Below are positions 24,801 through 36,800 of a DNA stretch of 64,000 nucleotides, in pieces. Within the stretch, counting starts at the first letter, position 1. Each line of letters opens with the position of its first letter. A program made the translations under genes and the position numbers. The DNA is taken from assembly GCA_043228905.1 (NCBI GenBank), contig JBHGNT010000033.1, positions 248,001 through 312,000 on the forward strand. The letters are read 5' to 3'. Below the pieces are notes generated by a model that was not told the DNA's origin, did no database searches, and worked only from the letters and a program-made list of their open reading frames with translations. Origin of the DNA: Azolla caroliniana (Eukaryota; Plantae; Polypodiophyta).

Positions 24801-27800
24801 AGCTAACAACGCTAGCTATGATATAGAATTAAAAAAACAAGATATTGAAACTCAGGTCGAGAGACATGAAGAAATTAGCAAATTTGAGGAGGGACTTGAG
24901 AAGAGCGCGTGAGTCAATTAAAATGTTCATACCTGGCTCGTGTGATATCGGATTTTTGTGTTCAAACATGCGTATCGAAGCTAACAACGCTAGCTATGAT
25001 ATAGAATTAAAAAATCGAGATTCTGAAACTCAGGTCGAGAGACATGAAGAAATTAGAAAATTTGAGGAGGGACTTGAGAAGAGCGCGTGAGTCAATTAAA
25101 ATGTTCATACCTGACTCGTGTGATATCGGATTTTCGTGTTCAAACATGCGTATCGAAGCTAACAACGCTAGCTATGATATCGAATTAAAAAATCGAGATT
25201 CTGAAACTCAGGTCGAGAGACATGAAGAAATTAGCAAATTTGAGGAGGGACTTGAGAAGAGCGCGTGAGTCAATTAAAATGTTCATACCTGGCTCGTGTG
25301 ATATCGGATTTTTGTGTTCAAACATGCGTATCGAAGCTAACAACGCTAGCTATGATATAGAATTAAAAAATCGAGATTCTGAAACTCAGGTCGAGAGACA
25401 TGAAGAAATTAGGAAATTTGAGGAGGGAGTGAAGAAGAGCCAGTGAGTCAATTAAAATGTTCATACCTGGCTCGTGTGATATCGGATTTTTGTGTTTAAA
25501 CATGCGTATCGAAGCTAACAACGCTAGCTATGATATCGAATTAAAAAATCAAGATTTTGATACTCAGGTCGAGAGACATGAAGAAATTAGCAAATTTGAG
25601 GAGGGACTTGAGAAGAGCGCGTGAGTCAATTAAAATGTTCATACCTGACTCGTGTGATATCGGATTTTCGTGTTCAAACATGCGTATCGAAGCTAACAAC
25701 ACTAGCTATGATATCGAATTAAAAAATCGAGATTCTGAAACTCAGGTCGAGAGACATGAAGAAATTAGAAAATTTGAGGAGGTACTTGAGAAGAGCGTGT
25801 GAGTCAATTAAAATGTTCATACCTGTGTCGTGTGATATCGGATTTTTGTGTTCAAACATGCTTTTAAAGCTAACAACGCTAGCTATCATATAGAATTAAA
25901 AAATCAAGATTTCGAAACTCAGGTCCAGAGACATGAAAAAATTATCCAATTTGAGGAGGGACTTGAGAAGAGCGCGTGAGTCAATTAAAATGTTCATACC
26001 TGGCTCGTGTGATATCGGATTTTTGTGTTCAAACATGCGTATCGAAGCTAACAACGCTAGCTATGATATAGATTTAAAAAATCCAGAGTCTGAAACTCAG
26101 GTCGAGAGACATGAAGAAATTAGCAAATTTGAGGAGGGACTTGAGAAGAGCGCGTGAGTCAATTAAAATGTTCATACCTGGCTCGTGTGATATCGGATTT
26201 TTGTGTTCAAACATGCGTATCGAAGCTAACAACGCTAGCTATGATATAGAATTAAAAAATCAAGATTTTGAAACTCAGGTCGAGAGACATGAAGAAATTA
26301 GCAAATTTGAGGAGGGACTTGAGAAGAGCGAGTGAGTCAATTAAAATGTTCATACCTGGCTCGTGTGATATCGGATTTTTGTGTTCAAACATGCGTATCG
26401 AAGCTAACAACGCTAGCTATGATATAGAATTAAAAAATCGAGATTCTGAAACTCAGGTCGAGAGACATGAAGAAATTAGCAAATTTGAGGAGGGACTTGA
26501 GAAGAGCGCGTGAGTCAATTAAAATGTTCATACCTGGCTAGTGTGATATCGGATTTTCGTGTTCAAACATGCGTATCGAAGCTAACAACGCTAGCTATGA
26601 TATCGAATTAAAAAATCAAGATTTTGAAACTCAGGTCGAGAGACATGAAGAAATTAGCAAATTTGAGGAGGGACTTGAGAAGAGCGCGTGAGTCAATTAA
26701 AATGTTCATACCTGGCTCGTGTGCTATCGGATTTTTGTGGTCAAACATGCGTATCGAAGCTAACAACGCTAGCTATGATATAGATTTAAAAAATCGAAAT
26801 TCTGAAACTCAGGTCGAGAGACATGAAGAAACTAGAAAATTTGAGGAGGTACTTGAGAAGAGCCAGTGAGTCAATTAAAATGTTCATACCTGGCTCGTGT
26901 GATATCGGATTTTTGTGTTCAAACATGCGTATCGAAGCTAACAACGCTAGCTATGATATAGATTTAAAAAATCGAGATTCTGAAACTCAGGTCGAGAGAC
27001 ATGAAGAAATTAGCAAATTTGAGGAGGGACTTGAGAAGAGCGCGTGAGTCAATTAAAATGTTCATACCTGGCTAGTGTGATATCGGATTTTTGTGTTCAA
27101 ACATGCGTATCGAAGCTAACAACGCTAGCTATGATATCGAATTAAAAAATCAAGATTTTGAAACTCAGGTCGAGAGACATGACGAAATTAGCAAATTTGA
27201 GGAGGGACTTGAGAAGAGCGCGTGAGTCAATTAAAATGTTCATACCTGGCTCGTGTGATATCGGATTTTTGTGTTCAAACATGCGTATCGAAGCTAACAA
27301 CGCTAGCTATGATATGGAATTAAAAAATCAAGATTTTGAAACTCAGGTCGAGAGACATGAAGACATTAGCAAACTTGAGGAGGTACTTGAGAAGAGCCCG
27401 TGAGTCAATTATAATGTTCATACCTGGCTCGTGTGATATCGGATTTTTTTGTTCAAACATGCGTATCGAAGCTAACAACGCTAGCTATGATATAGAATTA
27501 AAAAATCAAGTATTTGAAACTCAGGTCGAGAGACATGAAGAAATTAGCAAATTTGAGGAGGTCCTTGAGAAGAGCTCGTGAGTCAATTATAATGTTCATA
27601 CCTGGCTTTTGTGCTATAGGATTTTTGTGTTCAAACATGCGTATCGAAGCTCATAACGCTAGCTATGATATAGAATTAAAAAATCGAGATTTTGTAACTG
27701 AGGTCGAGAGACATGAAGAAATTAGCAAACTTGAGGAGGTACTTGAGAAGAGCCCGTGAGTCAATTATAATGTTCATACTTGGCTCGTGTGATATCGGTT

Positions 27801-29830
27801 TTTTGTGTTCAAACATGCGTATCGAAGCTAACATCGCTAGTTATGATATAGAATTAAAAAATCTAGATTTTGAAACACAGGTCGAGAGACATGAAGAAAT
27901 TAGCAAATTTGAGGAGGGGCTTTAGAAGAGCCCTTGAATAAATTAAAATGTTGATACCTGGCTCGTGTGCTATCGGATTTTTGTGTTCAAACATGCGTAT
28001 CCAAGCTAACAACGCTAGCTATGATATGGAATTAAAAAATCGAGATTTTGAAACTCAGGTCGAGAGACATGAAGAAATTAGCAAATTTGAGGAGACATGA
28101 AGAAATTAGCAAATTTGAGGAGGTACTTGAGAAGAGCCCGTGAGTGAATTATAATGTTCATACCTGGCTCGTGTGATTTCGGATTTTTGTGTTCAAACAT
28201 GAGTACTGAAGCTAACAATGCTAGCTATGATATAGAATTAAAAAATCGAGATTTTGAAACTCAGGTCGAGAGACATGAAGAAATTAGCAAATTTGAGGAG
28301 GTACTTGAGAAGAGCCCGTGAGTGAATTATAATGTTCATACCTGGCCGTTGTGATATCGGATTTTTGTGTTCAAACATGAGTACTGAAGCTAACAACGCT
28401 AGCTATGATATAGAATTAAAAACTCGAGAGTTTAAAACTCAGGTCGAAAGACATGAAGAAATTAGCAAATATGAGGAGGTACTTGAGAAGAGCTCGTGAG
28501 TCAATTATAATGTCCCTACCTGGGTCGTGTGCTATCGGATTTTTGTGTTCAAACATGCATATCGAAGCTAACAACGCTATCTATGATATAGAATTAAAAA
28601 ATCGAGATTTTGAAACTCAGGTCGAGAGACATGAAGAAATTAGCAAATTTGAGGAGGTACTTGAGAAGAGCTCGTGACTCAATTATAATGTTCATACCTG
28701 GCTCGTGTGATATCGGATTTTTGTGTTCAAACATGAGTATGGAAGCTCACAACGCTAGCTATGATATAGAATTAAAAAATCGAGATTTTGAAACTCAGGT
28801 GGAGAGACATGAAGAAATTAGCAAACTTGAGGAGGTACTTGAGAAGAGCCCGTGAGTCAATTATAATGTTCATACCTGGCTCGTGTGATATCGGATTTTT
28901 GTGTTCAAACATGCGTATCGAAGCTAACAACGCTAGCTATGATATAGAATTAAAAAAACAAGTTTTTGAAACTCAGGTCGAGAGACATGAAGAAATTAGC
29001 AAATTTGAGGAGGTCCTTGAGAAGAGCTCGTGAGTCAATTATAATGTTCATACCTGGCTTTTGTGCTATCGGATTTTTGTGTTCAAACATGCATATCGAA
29101 GCTCACAACGCTAGCTATGATATAGAATTAAAAAATCGAGATTTTGAAACTCAGGTCAAGAGACATGAAGAAATTAGAAAACTTGAGGAGGTACTTGAGA
29201 AGAGCCCGTGAGTCAATTATAATGTTCATACTTGGCTCGTGTGATATCGGATTTTTGTGTTCAAATATGCGTATCGAAGCTAACAACGCTAGCGATGATA
29301 TAGAATTAAAAAATCAAGTTTTTGAAACTCAGGTCGAGAGACATGAAGAAATTAGCAAATTTGAGGAGGTATGAAGAAATTAGCAAATTTGAGGAGGTAT
29401 CCAAGCTAACAACGCTAGCTATGATATGGAATTAAAAAATCGAGATTTTGAAATTCAGGTCGAGAGACATGAAGAAATTAGCAAATTTGAGGAGACATGA
29501 AGAAATTAGCAAATTTGAGGAGGTACTTGAGAAGAGCCCGTGAGTGAATTATAATGTTCATACCTGGCTCGTGTGATATCAGATTTTTGTGTTCAAACAT
29601 GAGTACTGAAGCTAACAATGCTAGATATGATATAGAATTAAAAAATCGAGATTTTGAAACTCAGGTCGAGAGACATGAAGAAATTAGCAAATTTGAGGAG
29701 GTACTTGAGAAGAGCCCGTGAGTGAATTATAATGTTCATACCTGGCCGTTGTGATATCGGATTTTTGTGTTCAAACATGAGTACTGAAGCTAACAACGCT
29801 AGCTATGATATAGAATTAAAAAATCAAGAT
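21850..29830 (+). repeat. A/B transition zone: B (about 21850-22650), A (about 22650-24830), B (about 24830-27370), A (about 27370-29830)
   Basis: Switches between AATTATAATG/GGTACTTG/GATTTTGA and AATTAAAATG/GGGACTTG/GAGCGCGT/GATTCTGA. Visible in the ORF track as SIIMF versus SIKMF. Confidence 0.88.
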
Positions 29831-32360
29831 ATTGAAACTCAGGTCGAGAGACATGAAGAAATTAGCAAATTTGAGGAGGGACTTGAGAAGAGCGCGTGAG
29901 TCAATTAAAATGTTCATACCTGGCTCGTGTGATATCGGATTTTTGTGTTCAAACATGCGTATCGAAGCTAACAACGCTAGCTATGATATAGAATTAAAAA
30001 ATCGAGATTCTGAAACTCAGGTCGAGAGACATGAAGAAATTAGAAAATTTGAGGAGGGACTTGAGAAGAGCGCGTGAGTCAATTAAAATGTTCATACCTG
30101 ACTCGTGTGATATCGGATTTTCGTGTTCAAACATGCGTATCGAAGCTAACAACGCTAGCTATGATATCGAATTAAAAAATCGAGATTCTGAAACTCAGGT
30201 CGAGAGACATGAAGAAATTAGCAAATTTGAGGAGGGACTTGAGAAGAGCGCGTGAGTCAATTAAAATGTTCATACCTGGCTCGTGTGATATCGGATTTTT
30301 GTGTTCAAACATGCGTATCGAAGCTAACAACGCTAGCTATGATATAGAATTAAAAAATCGAGATTCTGAAACTCAGGTCGAGAGACATGAAGAAATTAGG
30401 AAATTTGAGGAGGGAGTGAAGAGGAGCCAGTGAGTCAATTAAAATGTTCATACCTGGCTCGTGTGATATCGGATTTTTGTGTTTAAACATGCGTATCGAA
30501 GCTAACAACGCTAGCTATGATATCGAATTAAAAAATCAAGATTTTGATACTCAGGTCGAGAGACATGAAGAAATTAGCAAATTTGAGGAGGGACTTGAGA
30601 AGAGCGCGTGAGTCAATTAAAATGTTCATACCTGACTCGTGTGATATCGGATTTTCGTGTTCAAACATGCGTATCGAAGCTAACAACACTAGCTATGATA
30701 TCGAATTAAAAAATCGAGATTCTGAAACTCAGGTCGAGAGACATGAAGAAATTAGAAAATTTGAGGAGGTACTTGAGAAGAGCGTGTGAGTCAATTAAAA
30801 TGTTCATACCTGTGTCGTGTGATATCGGATTTTTGTGTTCAAACATGCTTTTAAAGCTAACAACGCTAGCTATCATATAGAATTAAAAAATCAAGATTTC
30901 GAAACTCAGGTCCAGAGACATGAAAAAATTATCCAATTTGAGGAGGGACTTGAGAAGAGCGCGTGAGTCAATTAAAATGTTCATACCTGGCTCGTGTGAT
31001 ATCGGATTTTTGTGTTCAAACATGCGTATCGAAGCTAACAACGCTAGCTATGATATAGATTTAAAAAATCCAGAGTCTGAAACTCAGGTCGAGAGACATG
31101 AAGAAATTAGCAAATTTGAGGAGGGACTTGAGAAGAGCGCGTGAGTCAATTAAAATGTTCATACCTGGCTCGTGTGATATCGGATTTTTGTGTTCAAACA
31201 TGCGTATCGAAGCTAACAACGCTAGCTATGATATAGAATTAAAAAATCAAGATTTTGAAACTCAGGTCGAGAGACATGAAGAAATTAGCAAATTTGAGGA
31301 GGGACTTGAGAAGAGCGAGTGAGTCAATTAAAATGTTCATACCTGGCTCGTGTGATATCGGATTTTTGTGTTCAAACATGCGTATCGAAGCTAACAACGC
31401 TAGCTATGATATAGAATTAAAAAATCGAGATTCTGAAACTCAGGTCGAGAGACATGAAGAAATTAGAAAATTTGAGGAGGGACTTGAGAAGAGCGCGTGA
31501 GTCAATTAAAATGTTCATACCTGACTCGTGTGATATCGGATTTTCGTGTTCAAACATGCGTATCGAAGCTAACAACACTAGCTATGATATCGAATTAAAA
31601 AATCGAGATTCTGAAACTCAGGTCGAGAGACATGAAGAAATTAGCAAATTTGAGGAGGGACTTGAGAAGAGCGCGTGAGTCAATTAAAATGTTCATACCT
31701 GGCTCGTGTGCTATCGGATTTTTGTGGTCAAACATGCGTATCGAAGCTAACAACGCTAGCTATGATATAGATTTAAAAAATCGAAATTCTGAAACTCAGG
31801 TCGAGAGACATGAAGAAACTAGAAAATTTGAGGAGGTACTTGAGAAGAGCCAGTGAGTCAATTAAAATGTTCATACCTGGCTCGTGTGATATCGGATTTT
31901 TGTGTTCAAACATGCGTATCGAAGCTAACAACGCTAGCTATGATATAGATTTAAAAAATCGAGATTCTGAAACTCAGGTCGAGAGACATGAAGAAATTAG
32001 CAAATTTGAGGAGGGACTTGAGAAGAGCGCGTGAGTCAATTAAAATGTTCATACCTGGCTAGTGTGATATCGGATTTTTGTGTTCAAACATGCGTATCGA
32101 AGCTAACAACGCTAGCTATGATATCGAATTAAAAAATCAAGATTTTGAAACTCAGGTCGAGAGACATGACGAAATTAGCAAATTTGAGGAGGGACTTGAG
32201 AAGAGCGCGTGAGTCAATTAAAATGTTCATACCTGGCTCGTGTGATATCGGATTTTTGTGTTCAAACATGCGTATCGAAGCTAACAACGCTAGCTATGAT
32301 ATGGAATTAAAAAATCAAGATTTTGAAACTCAGGTCGAGAGACATGAAGACATTAGCAAA
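22650..32360 (+). repeat. 28-monomer tandem duplication, period 4,987 bp, containing both subfamilies
   Basis: 22726/27713, 23466/28453, 24845/29832, 26268/31255, 26823/31810 and 27158/32145 are all offset by 4987 = 4984 + 28 - 52 + 28 - 1. Confidence 0.93.
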
Positions 32361-33720
32361 TTTGAGGAGGGACTTGAGAAGAGCGCGTGAGCAAATTAAA
32401 ATGTTCATACCTGGCTCGTGTGCTATCGGATTTTTGTGTTCAAACATGCGTATCGAAGCTACCAACGCTAGCTATGATAGAGATTTAAAAAATCGAGATT
32501 CTGAAACTCAGGTAGAGAGACATGAAGAAATTAGCAAATTTGAGGAGGGACTTGAGAAGAGCGCGTGAGTCCATTAAAATGTTCATACCTGGGTAGTGTG
32601 ATATCGGATTTTTGTGTTCAAACATGCATATCGAAGCTAACAACGCTAGCTATGATCTAGAATTAAAAAATGAAGATTTTGAAACTCAGGCCGACAGACA
32701 TGAAGAAATTAGCAAATTTGAGGAGGGACTTGAGAAGATCTCGTGACTAAATTAAAATGTTCATACCTGGCTCGTGTGATATCGGTTTTTTGTGTTCAAA
32801 CATGCGTATCGAAGCTAACATCGCTAGTTATGATATAGAATTAAAAAATCTAGATTTTGAAACACAGGTCGAGAGACATGAAGAAATTAGCAAATTTGAG
32901 GAGGGACTTGAGAAGAGCGCGTGAGTCAATTAAAATGTTCATACCTGGCTCGTGTGCTATCGGATTTTTGTGGTCAAACATGCGTATCGAAGCTAACAAC
33001 GCTAGCTATGATATAGATTTAAAAAATCGAAATTCTGAAACTCAGGTCGAGAGACATGAAGAAACTAGAAAATTTGAGGAGGTACTTGAGAAGAGCCAGT
33101 GAGTCAATTAAAATGTTCATACCTGGCTCGTGTGATATCGGATTTTTGTGTTCAAACATGCGTATCGAAGCTAACAACGCTAGCTATGATATAGATTTAA
33201 AAAATCGAGATTCTGAAACTCAGGTCGAGAGACATGAAGAAATTAGCAAATTTGAGGAGGGACTTGAGAAGAGCGCGTGAGTCAATTAAAATGTTCATAC
33301 CTGGCTAGTGTGATATCGGATTTTTGTGTTCAAACATGCGTATCGAAGCTAACAACGCTAGCTATGATATCGAATTAAAAAATCAAGATTTTGAAACTCA
33401 GGTCGAGAGACATGACGAAATTAGCAAATTTGAGGAGGGACTTGAGAAGAGCGCGTGAGTCAATTAAAATGTTCATACCTGGCTCGTGTGATATCGGATT
33501 TTTGTGTTCAAACATGCGTATCGAAGCTAACAACGCTAGCTATGATATGGAATTAAAAAATCAAGATTTTGAAACTCAGGTCGAGAGACATGAAGACATT
33601 AGCAAATTTGAGGAGGGACTTGAGAAGAGCGCGTGAGCAAATTAAAATGTTCATACCTGGCTCGTGTGCTATCGGATTTTTGTGTTCAAACATGCGTATC
33701 GAAGCTAACAACGCTAGCTA
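31630..33720 (+). repeat. 7-monomer offset duplication, period 1,246 bp
   Basis: 31810/33056, 32145/33391 and 32323/33569 are offset by 1246 = 7x178. Shared TGTGGTCAAA, GAAACTAGAA, GACGAAATT and GAAGACATT variants. Confidence 0.88.
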
Positions 33721-33899
33721 TGATATAGATTTAAAAAATCGAGATTTTGAAACTCAGGTCGAGAGACATGAAGAAATTAGCGAATTTGACGAGGGACTTG
33801 AGAAGAGCGCGTGAGTCAATTAAAATGATCATACCTGGCTCGTGTGATATCGGATTTTTGTGTTCAAACATGCGTATCGAAGCTATCAAAGCTAGCTAT

Positions 33900-36800
33900 G
33901 ATATCGAATTAAAAAATCAAGATATTGAAACTCAGGTCGAGAGACATGAAGAAATTAGCAAATTTGAGGAGGGACTTGAGAAGAGCGCGTGAGTCAATTA
34001 AAATGTTCATACCTGGCTCGTGTGATATCGGATTTTTGTGTTCAAACATGCGTATCGAAGCTAACAACGCTAGCTATGATATAGAATTAAAAAATCGAGA
34101 TTCTGAAACTCAGGTCGAGATACATGAAGAAATTAGAAAATTTGAGGAGGGACTTGAGAAGAGCGCGTGAGTCAATTAAAATGTTCATACCTGACTCGTG
34201 TGATATCGGATTTTCGTGTTCAAACATGCGTATCGAAGCTAACAACACTAGCTATGATATCGAATTAAAAAATCGAGATTCTGAAACTCAGGTCGAGAGA
34301 CATGAAGAAATTAGCAAATTTGAGGAGGGACTTGAGAAGAGCGCGTGAGTCAATTAAAATGTTCATACCTGGCTCGTGTGATATCGGATTTTTGTGTTGA
34401 AACATGCGTATCGAAGCTAACAACGCTAGCTATGATATAGAATTAAAAAATCGAGATTCTGAAACTCAGGTCGAGAGACATGAAGAAATTAGGAAATTTG
34501 AGGAGGGAGTGAAGAAGAGCCAGTGAGTCAATTAAAATGTTCATACCTGGCTCGTGTGATATCGGATTTTTGTGTTTAAACATGCGTATCGAAGCTAACA
34601 ACGCTAGCTATGATATCGAATTAAAAAATCAAGATTTTGATACTCAGGTCGAGAGACATGAAGAAATTAGCATATTTGAGGAGGGAGTGAAGAAGAGCGC
34701 GTGAGTCAATTAAAATGTTCATACCTGACTCGTGTGATATCGGATTTTCGTGTTCAAACATGCGTATCGAAGCTAACAACACTAGCTATGATATCGAATT
34801 AAAAAATCGAGATTCTGAAACTCAGGTCGAGAGACATGAAGAAATTAGAAAATTTGAGGAGGTACTTGAGAAGAGCGTGTGAGTCAATTAAAATGTTCAT
34901 ACCTGTGTCGTGTGATATCGGATTTTTGTGTTCAAACATGCTTTTAAAGCTAAGAACGCTAGCTATGATATTGAATTAAAAAATCAAGATATTGAAACTC
35001 AGGTCCAGAGACATGAAGAAATTATCCAATTTGAGGAGGGACTTGAGAAGAGCGCGTGAGTCAATTAAAATGTTCATACCTGGCTCGTGTGATATCGGAT
35101 TTTTGTGTTCAAACATGCGTATCGAAGCTAACAACGCTAGCTATGATATAGATTTAAAAAATCCAGAGTCTGAAACTCAGGTCGAGAGACATGAAGAAAT
35201 TAGCAAATTTGAGGAGGGACTTGAGAAGAGCGCGTGAGTCAATTAAAATGTTCATACCTGACTCGTGTGATATCGGATTTTCGTGTTCAAACATGCGTAT
35301 CGAAGCTAACCACACTAGCTATGATATAGAATTAAAAAATCGAGATTCTGAAACTCAGGTCGAGAGACATGAAGAAATTAGCAAATTTGAGGAGGGACTT
35401 GAGAAGAGCGCGTGAGTCAATTAAAATGTTCATACCTGACTCGTGTGATATCGGATTTTCGTGTTCAAACATGCGTATCGAAGCTAACAACACTAGCTAT
35501 GATATCGAATTAAAAAATCGAGATTCTGAAACTCAGGTCGAGAGACATGAAGAAATTAGAAAATTTGAGGAGGTACTTGAGAAGAGCGTGTGAGTCAATT
35601 AAAATGTTCATACCTGTGTCGTGTGATATCGGATTTTTGTGTTCAAACATGCGTATCGAAGCTAACAACGCTAGCTATCATATAGAATTAAAAAATCAAG
35701 ATTTTGAAACTCAGGTCGAGAGACATGAAGAAATTAGCAAATTTGAGGAGGGACTTGAGAAGAGCGAGTGAGTCAATTAAAATGTTCATACCTGACTCGT
35801 GTGATATCGGATTTTCGTGTTCAAACATGCGTATCGAAGCTAACAACACTAGCTATGATATCGAATTAAAAAATCGAGATTCTGAAACTCAGGTCGAGAG
35901 ACATGAAGAAATTAGAAAATTTGAGGAGGTACTTGAGAAGAGCGTGTGAGTCAATTAAAATGTTCATACCTGTGTCGTGTGATATCGGATTTTTGTGTTC
36001 AAACATGCTTTTAAAGCTAAGAACGCTAGCTATGATATTGAATTAAAAAATCAAGATTTCGAAACTCAGGTCCAGAGACATGAAAAAATTATCCAATTTG
36101 AGGAGGGACTTGAGAAGAGCGCGTGAGTCAATTAAAATGTTCATACCTGGCTCGTGTGATATCGGATTTTTGTGTTCAAACATGCGTATCGAAGCTAACA
36201 ACGCTAGCTATGATATAGATTTAAAAAATCCAGAGTCTGAAACTCAGGTCGAGAGACATGAAGAAATTAGCAAATTTGAGGAGGGACTTGAGAAGAGCGC
36301 GTGAGTCAATTAAAATGTTCATACCTGACTCGTGTGATATCGGATTTTCGTGTTCAAACATGCGTATCGAAGCTAACAACACTAGCTATGATATAGAATT
36401 AAAAAATCGAGATTCTGAAACTCAGGTCGAGAGACATGAAGAAATTAGCAAATTTGAGGAGGGACTTGAGAAGAGCGCGTGAGTCAATTAAAATGTTCAT
36501 ACCTGACTCGTGTGATATCGGATTTTCGTGTTCAAACATGCGTATCGAAGCTAACAACACTAGCTATGATATCGAATTAAAAAATCGAGATTCTGAAACT
36601 CAGGTCGAGAGACATGAAGAAATTAGAAAATTTGAGGAGGTACTTGAGAAGAGCGTGTGAGTCAATTAAAATGTTCATACCTGTGTCGTGTGATATCGGA
36701 TTTTTGTGTTCAAACATGCGTATCGAAGCTAACAACGCTAGCTATCATATAGAATTAAAAAATCAAGATTTTGAAACTCAGGTCGAGAGACATGAAGAAA

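Noticed and set aside
25128-25150. Possible CENP-B box around the TTTTCGTG variant
   Set aside because: It has TTCG but lacks the A and CGGG positions of NTTCGNNNNANNCGGGN.
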